Source: an uncultured Cardiobacteriaceae bacterium
GTDB taxonomy: Bacteria > Pseudomonadota > Gammaproteobacteria > Cardiobacteriales > Cardiobacteriaceae
Assembly (NCBI GenBank): GCA_963532425.1
Contig: CAUSKK010000013.1
Coordinates: 3,931-67,930, forward strand
Direction of reading: 5' to 3'
Length of the DNA stretch: 64,000 nt
In this document: piece after piece, positions 27,582 through 37,101 of the stretch
Numbering within the stretch: position 1 is the first letter of the stretch
Layout of the letters: each line of letters starts with the position of its first letter
Notes under the pieces: model-generated
Told to the model about the DNA's origin: nothing
What the model saw: the letters and a program-made list of their open reading frames with translations, nothing else
Database searches by the model: none
Made by a program: the position numbers and the translations under genes

Positions 27582-29222
27582 ATGTTGAAAAAAGTCCTGA
27601 GCCTGAGCCTGGCCCTGGCCCTCGGCGTCGCCGGTGCCGCCCCCCAGCTGGGCCGCCAGCTGCCGGCGGATACGCTGTTCTACGGCCATCTGCCCTCCCA
27701 GTGGCAGCTGCTGATGCTGCAGAGCGACCGCGACCCGGCGCCGCTGCAGGAGCAGTTCCAACGGCTGCGCCAGCAGCTCCTCAGCCTGGACAGTCTGCCC
27801 AGTCTGGAAAAGCTGCAACTGCCGCCGGCCCTGCTGCCGCTGCTGCGCAATTTCGCCGCCCAGAACAATGGGCCGCTGGAGCTGCTGATTCGCGAGAACC
27901 GGGACGGCCTCTATCTGGGCCTGACCCTGGAACACAAGGACCCGAAGCGCTTCGCCGCCCTGCTCGATGATTTTGCCGCCGTCATCAAGTCCAAGCGCGA
28001 GGGCGACGACCTGAAGGGCGAACTGAAGGTGAACACCGACCGCACCTGCTACCAGTTCAACCCAGACAGCGGCGCCGTCCTGCTGGATTTCAACTGCCAG
28101 GGCGAATGGCAGCCCGCCGCCGAACTGCCCCTGGCCCAGGCGGCCACGAGGGTGGACGACAAAGAATTGCTGCTCTGGTGGAGCAACCGCGACAACCGGC
28201 TGTTCCAGAGCAGAAACGATAGAAATGCCGAGCTGGACAAGTTTATGAGTCGCTTCGGCGCCGCCCAGCTGCACTACAGCCAGGACAAGGAATTGACCCT
28301 GAGCCTGCTCAATGCCAACCCGGACAGCTCGCCGCGCTGGCCCCAGGTCAGCCTGCCGGCGGACTTCCCGGTTACGGAGCAGCTGGAGATGGCGGTGGGC
28401 TTCCGGCTGCCGACGGCCGACCAGTGGCAGCAGCTGGCACCGGAGTTCTACGGCCAGCTGAGCCAGAGTCTGGAGAAATCCGGCATTGCCCCGGCGGACT
28501 GGAGCGCCGCCACCGCCGGCGACTGGGCCCTTATCAGCGACCGCAACGGGGTTTTCCTGCTCCAGCCGGCCGCCAACACCGCCGCCCTGGATAGGCTGCT
28601 GGACCAGCTGGTCGCCAAAAATTACCTGAGCCGGGAAAGTCTGGGCGGCGGCCTCCAGCATCTGCATATCCAGTGGGGTCGCTTCCTGCCCGCCGACCAG
28701 GCCCTGGCCCTGAACCTGATGTTCCCGAGCCACCTCTACTACCGCGACGGCGACGGCCACCGGCTCTGGGCCGATTTGCCCCAGATACTGCAGGAGCGCA
28801 AGCAGCTGAAGTTCACGAAGAAACTCGGCGACTACTTCGGCGGCGAACCGGCCCTGCTGGTGGCCGGCCTGCAGCTGCCCCAGCTGGCCCGGGACAGCTA
28901 CTATCTGCGCCTGAAGTGGCTGCGGCTGTGGTCGGATTTGGGCACCCAGCCGGCGGCCCTGGCCGAACTGCCCACGGCGGCCACGCTGAAACTGCCGGAA
29001 CGGTCGCCGCTGCGGGCCCGGCTCCAGCGCGACGAGAACGGGGGCAGCTACCATCTCAGCCTGAAACTGCCCAACGGCATCACCGACACCCTGGCCCTCT
29101 ACCGCAGCAATGCCTTTATGACGGGCATGGCCGCCGCCATCGTGCTGCCGGCCTATCAGCAGTATGTGGAGAAGAGCAAGGCCAAAGCCGCCGCCCTCCA
29201 GGCCCAGTCGGCCGAAAAATAG
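27582..29222 (+). CDS. secreted 546-aa hypothetical protein with pilin-alpha1-like C-terminal helix
   Basis: AAGGAG RBS and signal peptide 'MLKKVLSLSLALALGVAGA'. The C-terminus 'GMAAAIVLPAYQQYVEKSKAKAA' resembles the type IV pilin N-terminal helix. Confidence 0.7.
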   Translation: MLKKVLSLSLALALGVAGAAPQLGRQLPADTLFYGHLPSQWQLLMLQSDRDPAPLQEQFQRLRQQLLSLDSLPSLEKLQLPPALLPLLRNFAAQNNGPLELLIRENRDGLYLGLTLEHKDPKRFAALLDDFAAVIKSKREGDDLKGELKVNTDRTCYQFNPDSGAVLLDFNCQGEWQPAAELPLAQAATRVDDKELLLWWSNRDNRLFQSRNDRNAELDKFMSRFGAAQLHYSQDKELTLSLLNANPDSSPRWPQVSLPADFPVTEQLEMAVGFRLPTADQWQQLAPEFYGQLSQSLEKSGIAPADWSAATAGDWALISDRNGVFLLQPAANTAALDRLLDQLVAKNYLSRESLGGGLQHLHIQWGRFLPADQALALNLMFPSHLYYRDGDGHRLWADLPQILQERKQLKFTKKLGDYFGGEPALLVAGLQLPQLARDSYYLRLKWLRLWSDLGTQPAALAELPTAATLKLPERSPLRARLQRDENGGSYHLSLKLPNGITDTLALYRSNAFMTGMAAAIVLPAYQQYVEKSKAKAAALQAQSAEK

Positions 29223-29294
29223 GCCCGGCATTGTTTTTGCGAAACCCGGGGAGCGCTGCGGCGCTTCCCTTAATTTTTTTCACGAGGAATGACC

Positions 29295-29555
29295 ATGAAA
29301 GACGACTATGACGACGAGCGCCCCTACGGCGACGATGACTTCGACGACCTGGAAGAGGGCGTGGAGAAGGACTACGGCGATTTGGACGACTACGAGCCCG
29401 AGGACGATGTGCATGAGCTTGGAACGGACGGCCTGAGCTGGGGCGACGGCGACGACGACGACGGCGGCTGGGCCTATGACGACCAGGACGACGGCGACAA
29501 CCCCGACGACTGGGGCTATGACGACGACGATAACGACCGCTACGACGACTACTGA
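29295..29555 (+). CDS. small (86-aa) extremely acidic D/E/Y/W-rich protein
   Basis: GAGGA RBS 6 nt before ATG 29295. GC3-rich GAC/GAG codons. Followed by a strong terminator. More than half of the residues are D or E. Confidence 0.65.
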   Translation: MKDDYDDERPYGDDDFDDLEEGVEKDYGDLDDYEPEDDVHELGTDGLSWGDGDDDDGGWAYDDQDDGDNPDDWGYDDDDNDRYDDY

Positions 29556-29570
29556 CCCCGTGGGGGTTTT

Positions 29571-29597
29571 GGCCGGGTGCAGAACCCGGCCTTTTTT
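29571..29597 (+). terminator. intrinsic terminator after the acidic-protein gene
   Basis: GGCCGGG-TGCAGAA-CCCGGCC followed by T6. Confidence 0.8.
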
Positions 29598-29662
29598 GTG
29601 GGCGCGGTGCCCCTTGGCTTTACTCCCCCGGGGGCGGAAAATGGCCCTTTTTGGAGGTTCCC

Positions 29663-30304
29663 ATGAAGAAAACCCTGCTGCTGCTCCTGCTCGTGGCCAA
29701 CGTCCGGGCCAACGAAGCCACCCCAACCCCGACGGCAACGACCGTGGAAGACCAAAGGTTTGCCGAGGCCCAGGCCGCCGCCGATAAAAAAGATTACGCC
29801 CGGGCTCTGACGCTCTACCGGGAGCTGGCCGCCCGGGGCCACGCCAAGGCCATGAAGGAAATCGGCCTGATGTATGTCTTTGGCCGGGGGGTTCCCCGGG
29901 ACTATGCCAGCGCCCGGCAGTGGCATGAAAAGCAGGCCGCCGCCGGCGACAACGACGGCTATTGGTATATGGGAAAGCTCTATGAGGAGGGCGGCCCGGG
30001 CCTCGAGTCGAACTATGCCACCGCCCTGGGCTGGTATGAAAAGTACGCCGCCAACGGCGACGGCAACACCTATTGGCACATGGGCGAACTTTATAAGAAG
30101 GGCGGTCCGGGCCTGGAAAAGGACTGGGGCGCCGCCAAGCGGAACTATGCCCGGTGGGTCGCCCGCACCGGCAGCGGTGAAGGCCTGATTGGCGAGCTCT
30201 ACGAACAGGGCGGGCCGGGGCTGGAAAAGGATTGGGCCGCCGCCTGCTACTACTACCGAAAAGCCGAATGGAAGGACAAGACCGACCTGGTTTGTCCCCA
30301 CTAG
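29663..30304 (+). CDS. Sel1-repeat (TPR-like) secreted protein
   Basis: GGAGG RBS and signal peptide 'MKKTLLLLLLVANVRA'. Repeated 'A..WY.K.A..G...A...(L/M)G.(L/M)Y..G.G(V/L).(R/K)D...A' units. Confidence 0.85.
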   Translation: MKKTLLLLLLVANVRANEATPTPTATTVEDQRFAEAQAAADKKDYARALTLYRELAARGHAKAMKEIGLMYVFGRGVPRDYASARQWHEKQAAAGDNDGYWYMGKLYEEGGPGLESNYATALGWYEKYAANGDGNTYWHMGELYKKGGPGLEKDWGAAKRNYARWVARTGSGEGLIGELYEQGGPGLEKDWAAACYYYRKAEWKDKTDLVCPH

Positions 30305-30324
30305 TCCCCCTTTAATTTTCACCC

Positions 30325-30353
30325 GCCGGGTTTCAGCACAACCCGGCTTTTTT
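30325..30353 (+). terminator. intrinsic terminator after the Sel1 gene
   Basis: GCCGGGT-(9 nt)-ACCCGGC followed by T6. Confidence 0.75.
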
Positions 30354-30408
30354 GCGCGCCCCGCCGGCCTATTCGCTGAAATCGTTCGCCCCGACCGGCC
30401 CCCTCACT

Positions 30409-31824
30409 GAGCGCTTCTAGCGAAGCGCTTGGTTTTGAATCTCCAGTCGAAGCGCTTCCCCTTGGCAGCCCAAATAAAACCGAAGCGCTTCGGTGTTCGG
30501 TGCAGGGGAAAGCAGGAAAGCCGGGCCGGGGCGAAATGGCCAACGCTGAAAACCGGTCGAAATCAACGAAGCGCTTCGGTTCCAGAATCAGCCCCGGCAC
30601 GATTCGGCGCACCGCTTCGGTGCAGCGCTCCCCCGCGTGGCTGGCCCCATTGACCGAAGCGCTTCGTTAGAACGCCAGCACCCGGCGAATGATTTCCTTC
30701 AATCCCCAAACCCCGATTGGGGCCGTAGCGTTAAACCCCGACTCGGGGGTCTTTGCTTCTACGAACGAAGCGCTTGGCTATAAAGCAAGAGCCTATCGGA
30801 CGAAAAACCCGAGCCCGCCCGTCGAAGCGCTTCTTCGGTGCAGGGGAAAGCCGGGCCGGGGTGAAATGGCCAACGCTGAAAACCGGTCGAAATCAACGAA
30901 GCGCTTCGGTCGCCGACTCGGGCCTGCTTTTTTGCCGCGCCCGGCCAGTTAAATCGAAGCGCTTCACTGGGCCCTCTGTTTCCCCTGGCTTTTCTGGCCG
31001 GCCCGCCCGAAGCGCTTCGGTTTAATCAGCCAACGGCTAGCGCCGCTTTCTCCCGCCGTCTCTTCGGCTGAAGCGCTTGGCTCGAAGAAGCCCCTAGGAC
31101 TCAAGCGCTTCGTTGCTTTCGAAAAAGGGAGCGCTTCCGGTGAAGCCAAATCAAAGAGGAAGCGCTTCCCGGCCTGGCCAACCGACCGCCCTTGGCGGCA
31201 CCAACCGAAGGACGGTGAACCGCAGCGAAGTAGCAAGCCGCTGGTGAAGCGCTTCTCTCATTAGTTCAGTGCGCCAGGCCGGAAGGTTTCCGCCGAATGA
31301 AGCGCTTCGGACGGAAATAAACGGTGGAGCATGCTTCGTTCGGTCGCTTTCCCATCCTGTCCAGCCAGCCGCCGGAAAGGGGGAAGCGCTTCGTTTTTCT
31401 TGGCTTCCGAGACCGAAGCGCTTCGGCTTCGGCGCCCATAGAAGGAAGCGCTTCGGTTTTGGAGGCTGGAAAAGGGGAATGCTTTGAGTAGGACGATTAA
31501 AACGAAGCGCTTCGGTTTGAGGGAGAAAAGGGGGAGCGCTTCGAGGGTCGTTCTAAACGAAGCGCTTCGCTTTGAGAAGGGACGCGGCTTCACCACCGGA
31601 AGCGCTTCGGCTCACGGGAGGAAGCGGGCCGAGGTCGATGTTTTCAAAGCCACCGAAGCGCTTCGTTATTTTTGGAAAAGGGGAGCGCTTCATTCGGGGA
31701 AGACGGGAAAGGAGGAAGCGCTTCGGTCGCGCCGGTGGATTTTTCCCCGGCCCGGCGGCGGCCATTGCCAGCCATCGGAAGGAAGCGCTTCATTCTGGAA
31801 AAGCCGGCAAAAAGGAAGCGCTTC
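30409..31824. repeat. array D of GAAGCGCTTC palindromes (21 exact plus at least 8 variant)
   Basis: Manual scan. Contains a ~90-100 bp internal duplication (30481-30580 vs 30833-30920). Confidence 0.9.
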
Positions 31825-31872
31825 GCTTTGAGGCTAAAAGGGGGCGGTGGATAGGGTGAAGGCGCCCGCCGG

Positions 31873-32160
31873 CTAGATGATGTCGTCCACATCCACCCGC
31901 AGCAGCGCCGCCAGCCGTTTTAGCACGGCGATGGAGCCGTCCTTGTGGCCGTTTTCAATATCCGATAGATAGGCCGGAGAAATACCCGCCGAAATGGCCA
32001 GCTGACGACCACTAAGGCCACGATATTCCCGCCACACCCGCAGGGGGTTTTCTGTGCACAGCCTTTTCACTAGGTCATGGGGCAGGCGCTCTTCGTGAGC
32101 CGGCCGGTAGCCGGGCGCCGGGGCTGGGGGTTTGGGCGGACGATGGGAAGATGAATCCAT
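31873..32160 (-). CDS. XRE-family helix-turn-helix protein
   Basis: 'GLSGRQLAISAGISPAYLSDIENGHK' is the Cro/C1-type HTH. Lies 45 nt downstream of tgpA on the same strand. Confidence 0.8.
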   Translation of the reverse strand: MDSSSHRPPKPPAPAPGYRPAHEERLPHDLVKRLCTENPLRVWREYRGLSGRQLAISAGISPAYLSDIENGHKDGSIAVLKRLAALLRVDVDDII

Positions 32161-32205
32161 GGGATTACTCCGGTTAAAAAGTGGCGGGGGAGCCGGGGGT
32201 GATGC

Positions 32206-34176
32206 CTAGAGTGGCAGCCGGCGCAGGGCGCGCAGCAGGGCGGTTTCTTCGCCCTGTTCGTAGTAGCGGTAGCGTTCGTAGTCCCGGGCCAGGGCCTGCC
32301 AGCGCTGGGCCCGTTCCGGCGGCTGCTGGGCACTGCCCCGGCGCAGCAGCTGGGCCAGGGTTTCACCGGTGGTCGCCCGTAGGCCGCGCCGTTCCAGCCG
32401 GGCCAGCAGCACCCGGGCCGCCCGTTCCACCCGGTCGCCGCCCACCGGCCGGCGCCGTTGCCAGAGCCAGGCCAGCAGCAGCAGAGCGCCCACCCCCAGC
32501 ACCAGCAGCGGCCCCAAAGCCGCCCGGCCGAAGCGCTCCAGGCCGAGCCATTGCAGCAGGCTGTCCTGGTCCTCCTGGCCGTAGTTCACCACATGCTCCT
32601 GCCAGAAGGCATTGCTGGCGTCCCAGGCGGCGCGCAGCCAGGAAACGGTTTCCACGTTTTCGGCCAGCCGCGACACCAGCGAACGGCTGTCGACGCCAGA
32701 CCGCTGCAGAGCGGCGCCGCTGAGCCGGGCGGCCTCGATGCGGTAGGGGGCGACGGCGGCGGTGGGGTCGAAGCGCTGCCAGCGGCCGTCGATGTAGAGT
32801 TCCGTCCAGGCGTGGGCGTTCTCCTCGCGCACGGTCCAATAGCCGTTCAGGGCGTTGCGCTCGCCGCCCTGGTAGCCGGTGATGACCCGGGCCGGAATGC
32901 CGACAGTGCGGGCGGCAATGGCCAGGGCGTTGGCGTAGTGCTCACAGAAGCCGATGTGGCCCTGGGGGGAAAAGAGAAACTGTTCCACGTCGCCCATGCC
33001 CGGCGGCGGTTCCAGCGAATAGTAAAACTCCCGCTGGGCCAGATAGTTGAGGAAACCCTGGGCAAAGCCGGCGTCGCTGTCGCCGTTGGCGGCGCGCAGG
33101 GACTGGGCCAGAGCCCGGGTCTGGGGATAGTCCCGGGGCAGGCGCAGGGCGTCGCGGCGTTCGTCCGGGTCGAGCTGGTTTAGCTCCGGCTGCAGAATGG
33201 ACAGGAGGCCATAGCGGCCCTTGACGTCCCGGCCCTCGGGCAGGCGCAGCTGGAAGGCCTTGCCCTGGAGGGCGACGGCATCGACGCTGACCGGCACGTC
33301 CAGGCCGGTGAGCCATTGAATGTCGCGTTTCACCGGGAACCAGTCATAGCGAATGGCCTGCTCCGGGCGGAAATCCAGCCGTTCCGGGGCGCTGTAGCCG
33401 TCCTGGGGCCGCTGGGTCCAGTTGAGGCCGTCGAAATGCCAGAGCACCGGCCCGCGCCAGTACATTTCGCGCGGTTCCGGGCGCAGGCCCTCGTCAAATT
33501 TCACCCGGAAGACCACCTCATCGGACTGGGCCAGGCTGGCCAGGTCGCCCATGGACATCTGGTCGCTCAGGCCGGTAACGCTGGCATTGCGCGGCTGGGG
33601 CACGGCCCAGAGCGGGGCAATGCGCGGGAAGAGGAAAAACAGCAGCACCGCCAGCGGTAGGGCCTGGAGCAGGGACCGGCTCAAATGGCGGCCGGCCGGC
33701 CAGCTCAGCCGGGCGCTCTGGTTATCGACGAGCAGATAGAGGCTGGCCCCGAAGACCGCAAACAGATAGCACAGCACCAGGGCACTGCGGCTGTACATCA
33801 GCGTCGCCAGCAGCAGCAGCAGCTGGATAAGGAAGAGCACGTTGCGGTCGCGCGGGTTGCGCGATTCCAGCATCTTGGCCACGGCGGTGGCGGTGAGGAA
33901 ATAGATAAAGGCCGTGGTGAAGCCGAGGCGCATCAGGTTGGCGGCGATGTAGAGGAAAGCCGCCAGCAGGGTGAGCCAGGCCAGCAGGGCCTGGAGCCGG
34001 TAGCTGGGGGAAAGGCGCGCCAGCAGCGGCAGCAGCAGCAGGAAGCCGAAGCCATCGGGCAGATTGAAACAGAGGGGCAGATAGACCAGCAGAAAGACCC
34101 CGAGGCTGTGGAGCCACTGGCGGCGGCTGATGCGCTGGTGGTAGTCGGCGGCGCTCAGCCAGAGAATTTTTTTCAT
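32206..34176 (-). CDS. tgpA: transglutaminase-like membrane protein (DUF3488 + TGase core)
   Basis: 656 aa. Multi-TM N-terminus. 'GFCEHYANALAIAARTVGIPARVITGY' is the Cys-protease/TGase core. Confidence 0.88.
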   Translation of the reverse strand: MKKILWLSAADYHQRISRRQWLHSLGVFLLVYLPLCFNLPDGFGFLLLLPLLARLSPSYRLQALLAWLTLLAAFLYIAANLMRLGFTTAFIYFLTATAVAKMLESRNPRDRNVLFLIQLLLLLATLMYSRSALVLCYLFAVFGASLYLLVDNQSARLSWPAGRHLSRSLLQALPLAVLLFFLFPRIAPLWAVPQPRNASVTGLSDQMSMGDLASLAQSDEVVFRVKFDEGLRPEPREMYWRGPVLWHFDGLNWTQRPQDGYSAPERLDFRPEQAIRYDWFPVKRDIQWLTGLDVPVSVDAVALQGKAFQLRLPEGRDVKGRYGLLSILQPELNQLDPDERRDALRLPRDYPQTRALAQSLRAANGDSDAGFAQGFLNYLAQREFYYSLEPPPGMGDVEQFLFSPQGHIGFCEHYANALAIAARTVGIPARVITGYQGGERNALNGYWTVREENAHAWTELYIDGRWQRFDPTAAVAPYRIEAARLSGAALQRSGVDSRSLVSRLAENVETVSWLRAAWDASNAFWQEHVVNYGQEDQDSLLQWLGLERFGRAALGPLLVLGVGALLLLAWLWQRRRPVGGDRVERAARVLLARLERRGLRATTGETLAQLLRRGSAQQPPERAQRWQALARDYERYRYYEQGEETALLRALRRLPL

Positions 34177-34225
34177 GTGGGAAGTCCTGAAAAAGGCGAA
34201 GCGCTTCGGCCGAAGCGCTCCCGGT

Positions 34226-35170
34226 TTAGAGCAGCTGTTCCTCGAAGAGGGCCAGGGCGCGGAGACAGCGTTCCCGGTGGGCCTCGTCGCTGCCGGGGGG
34301 AATTTCCCCGTGGGGCAGGCGCAGGCCGTAGCGCAGGCCCTGGCGCCGGGCCTCCTCTATCCACTGGGCCAGCTGGGACAGGCGCGTTTCCAGCGGGCCG
34401 CTGGTGTGCTCATAGGCCAGCAGCACCTGGGCGGCGCCGCTGCCGCTGAACTGTTTCAACAGCCATTCACCCCGGCCGACGTGTTTCCAGGCGACCCGGG
34501 CCAGGCTGTCGCCGATGACATAGGGGCGCAGCTGGCTGAGTTCCTCCTCGCCGGCGGTGCCGAGGCTCTGGGCGCCGGCCTGGGCCGCCGGGGCCAGCGG
34601 CAGGGGCAGCTGGCCGCGCGGGCTCGGATAGACCAGCACTTCGGCGTCCAGCAGCAGCCATTGCCAGCTGTGGAAGAGGCCGAAGGGGAAGACCGTGCTC
34701 ACCTCCAGCACGTCCAGGGGCAGCCGGCCCCGGCGCCGGGTGGGAATAAAGAGGCTGGCGCTGGCGGCCTGGCCCGGGGCCACTTCGGCAATCAGGGCGC
34801 TGGCGCGGCCGCTGCGCAGCTGGAGCAGGTGGCGCGGCTCCGGGCCGGGGTTGTGGACGTGGATATGAAAGAGCGCTTCCTCGCCGGCGAAGACCCCGGG
34901 GCCGCCGGCGGCGCTCAGTTCCAGGGCGCTGAGCTGGCGGGCGGTGGTGCCGGCCGAGAGGGTCAGCACCACGGCGACGAAGAAGGTCAGGGCGAAGCCG
35001 AGGCCGATTTGGTGGTTGGCCGACCAGACAAACATGGCCACCAGCGTGAGGAAGGTGGCCAGGCCGAAGCGGGTGGGAATGGTGGCCATGTGCAGCGCAC
35101 TGCGCAGGGCCCGCCGGGGCCAGCGCTGGGGATAGCGCCGGCGAAAATAGCGGAGCCAGTATTTTTTCAT
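34226..35170 (-). CDS. DUF58-family protein
   Basis: 314 aa. N-terminal TM hairpin and 'LRPY..GDSL.RV.WK...R'. Sits between moxR and tgpA as in the known moxR-DUF58-tgpA arrangement. Confidence 0.8.
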   Translation of the reverse strand: MKKYWLRYFRRRYPQRWPRRALRSALHMATIPTRFGLATFLTLVAMFVWSANHQIGLGFALTFFVAVVLTLSAGTTARQLSALELSAAGGPGVFAGEEALFHIHVHNPGPEPRHLLQLRSGRASALIAEVAPGQAASASLFIPTRRRGRLPLDVLEVSTVFPFGLFHSWQWLLLDAEVLVYPSPRGQLPLPLAPAAQAGAQSLGTAGEEELSQLRPYVIGDSLARVAWKHVGRGEWLLKQFSGSGAAQVLLAYEHTSGPLETRLSQLAQWIEEARRQGLRYGLRLPHGEIPPGSDEAHRERCLRALALFEEQLL

Positions 35171-36102
35171 TAGACCGGCACCGGCACCGAATCCAGCAGC
35201 CGTTGCAGCCGGTGGGCCTGCTGGCCATCGTCGCCGCCGCCGCCGAGCCGATGCCAGGCCACGGCCGGGAAGAGTGTCTGCACCTGTTCCGGCAGCGCCG
35301 CCCCCTCACCCTGAATCAGCGCCAGCGCCTGGGCCGCCCGCAGCAGGGCCAGGCCGGCCCGGGTGGACAGGCCGTGGGCGAAGTCGGCGCTGTGGCGGCT
35401 GGCCGCCAGCAGCTTCTGCACATACTGGCCGAGGGCGGCGGAAACGTGCACCGAGGCCGCCGCCGCCTGCAGCTGGAGAATGTCCTCGTGCTGGAGCTGG
35501 GCCGTGGCCGCCGCCAGCAGCTCCTCCCGCCGGTGGCCGCGCAGAATTTCCACCTCAACGGCGGCGCTGGGATAGCCCAGGGACAGGCGCAACATGAAGC
35601 GGTCGAGCTGGGATTCGGGCAGGGCGAAGGTGCCGGTTTGTTCCAGCGGGTTTTGGGTGGCGATGACGAAGAACGGCGTCGGCAGCGGCAGCGTCTCCCG
35701 TTCCACCGTTACCTGCCGTTCCTCCATGGCCTCCAGCAGGGCGCTCTGGCTCTTCGGCGAGGCCCGGTTGATTTCGTCGGCCAGCAGCAGCTGGGTGAAA
35801 ACGGCGCCCGGGTGGAATTTCAGGCCGCCATTTTCCAGCAGCGAATAGCCGACCACATCGGCCGGCAGCAGGTCGGAGGTGAATTGGATACGGCGGTAGT
35901 CGAGGCCGAGGGTGGCGGCGAAGGCCTTGGCCAGCGTGGTTTTGCCGGCGCCGGGCAGGTCTTCGAGCAGGAGATGGCCCCGGGCCAGCAGGCAGCCCAT
36001 GGCCTGTTGAATCAGCGTCTCCTTGCCCAAAACGATATGGTTGAGCTGTTCCAGGGCCCGGTTGAGTTTGGCACGCAGCGGTGCCGGCAGAAGGTCGTTC
36101 AT
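35170..36102 (-). CDS. moxR: MoxR-family AAA+ ATPase
   Basis: 'HLLLEDLPGAGKT' Walker A, 'LLADEINRASPK.QSALLEAMEE' Walker B/MoxR signature, 'ATQNP.E..G...LPE.QLDRF'. Confidence 0.93.
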   Translation of the reverse strand: MNDLLPAPLRAKLNRALEQLNHIVLGKETLIQQAMGCLLARGHLLLEDLPGAGKTTLAKAFAATLGLDYRRIQFTSDLLPADVVGYSLLENGGLKFHPGAVFTQLLLADEINRASPKSQSALLEAMEERQVTVERETLPLPTPFFVIATQNPLEQTGTFALPESQLDRFMLRLSLGYPSAAVEVEILRGHRREELLAAATAQLQHEDILQLQAAAASVHVSAALGQYVQKLLAASRHSADFAHGLSTRAGLALLRAAQALALIQGEGAALPEQVQTLFPAVAWHRLGGGGDDGQQAHRLQRLLDSVPVPV

Positions 36103-36117
36103 GAATATTCCTTGTGA

Positions 36118-37101
36118 TTAGGGGGCCGGCGGCGGCGCCAGCAGGGCTTTCACCTGCTCCACCAGTTCGCGCGGCAGCTGCAGGCTGTAGGACACCACCA
36201 CCAGATTGGGTCGATAGGGCAGTTTCACCGCGTCCTTGCTGGTAACCAGCAGGGTGCCGGCGCTGGCAAAGTCCAGGTCGGCCAGGCGGAAATGGCTGTG
36301 GTCGGGCCGGGTCTGCCAGCCGCTCAGCGGACAATCCAGCTGCTGTTCGAGCAGCCGGCGGAAGCGCTCCGGCCGGGCAATGGCGGTCAAACCATAGAAC
36401 GGCGGCGCCAGTTCGGCCCAGTCCACCGCCGTGCCATCGGCCCGGTGCAGCTGGATGAAGCGCTTCGTGCTGTAGAGCGGCCACACTTCGCTGAGCTGGC
36501 GCGCCTCGTCCTGGGGGCCGGCGGCGGTCATCACCAGGGCATCGGCCCGGCGGCTCGGCAGTTCGCGCAGCGGCCCGGCCGGCAGCAGAAAACCATTGCC
36601 CAGGCCAAAATCCGGCGCCAGGGCGATGATTTCCACGTCCCGCTGCAGCCGGTAGTGCTGCAAACCGTCGTCGCTGAGCAGCACCTGAATCTGCGGCTGC
36701 TGGCGCAGCAGCAGTTCGATGGCGGCCCGGCGCGAACGGCCCACGGCCACCGGCAGGCCGGTTTCCAGGGCCAGCAGCAGCGGCTCATCGCCAACCTGGT
36801 GGGGGTCGCTGTCGCGAAAAACCAGCCGGGGCGAACGGGTATGGCCGCCGGTGCCCCGGCTGATGATGCCGACCTGAAAGCCCTCGCTTTGCAAAGCCCG
36901 GGCCAGGGCACTGACCAGCGGGGTTTTACCGTTGCCGCCGACGCTGAGGTTGCCGACGATAATCAGCGGCCGGGGTGGCCGCCAGGCGAAGCGCTTCTGC
37001 CAGTGGCGGCGCAGGGTGCTGATTAAAAAAAAGAGCCCGGCGCCGGGCAGCAGCAGCCAGGACAGCAGGGTGCGCCGGCGCCAGCAGTTGGGAATGTCCA
37101 T
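36118..37101 (-). CDS. lpxK: tetraacyldisaccharide 4'-kinase
   Basis: 'IIVGNLSVGGNGKTP' P-loop of LpxK. 327 aa. ATG overlaps the plsY stop (TAATG). Confidence 0.9.
   Translation of the reverse strand: MDIPNCWRRRTLLSWLLLPGAGLFFLISTLRRHWQKRFAWRPPRPLIIVGNLSVGGNGKTPLVSALARALQSEGFQVGIISRGTGGHTRSPRLVFRDSDPHQVGDEPLLLALETGLPVAVGRSRRAAIELLLRQQPQIQVLLSDDGLQHYRLQRDVEIIALAPDFGLGNGFLLPAGPLRELPSRRADALVMTAAGPQDEARQLSEVWPLYSTKRFIQLHRADGTAVDWAELAPPFYGLTAIARPERFRRLLEQQLDCPLSGWQTRPDHSHFRLADLDFASAGTLLVTSKDAVKLPYRPNLVVVSYSLQLPRELVEQVKALLAPPPAP

Noticed and set aside
27462-29231. Very long antisense or alternate-frame ORFs opposite real genes. Examples are 27462..29231(-), 330..1706(-), 12357..13778(+), 13771..15081(+), 42758..44026(+), 43254..44816(+), 44967..46007(-), 38127..39092(-), 35203..36117(+), 35555..36484(-), 62045..62941(+) and 22886..23836(-).
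   Set aside because: These are the usual stop-poor shadow frames of high-GC DNA. Their sequences are Gly/Ala/Arg/Pro-rich and low-complexity with no motifs. The opposite or alternate frame in each case carries unmistakable family signatures (aroA, proA/proB, manX, aspS, moxR, rluC, ggt, SWIM and others).
29280-29738. A 152-aa minus-strand ORF (V/A-rich) overlapping the acidic-protein gene.
   Set aside because: It is the complement of GAC/GAG-rich coding sequence, which reads as GTC/CTC, giving V and L. It spans the plus-strand terminator and the Sel1 gene start, and has no RBS. The plus-strand gene has an RBS, a terminator and host codon bias.
30409-31824. The palindrome arrays (here array D, and also A-C and E-G) superficially resemble CRISPR arrays, with a short repeat and variable spacers.
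   Set aside because: The repeat is only 10-12 bp and perfectly palindromic. Spacing is irregular (~15-100 bp), and spacers themselves are duplicated. No leader or cas genes are present. CRISPR repeats are 23-50 bp with near-constant spacer length.
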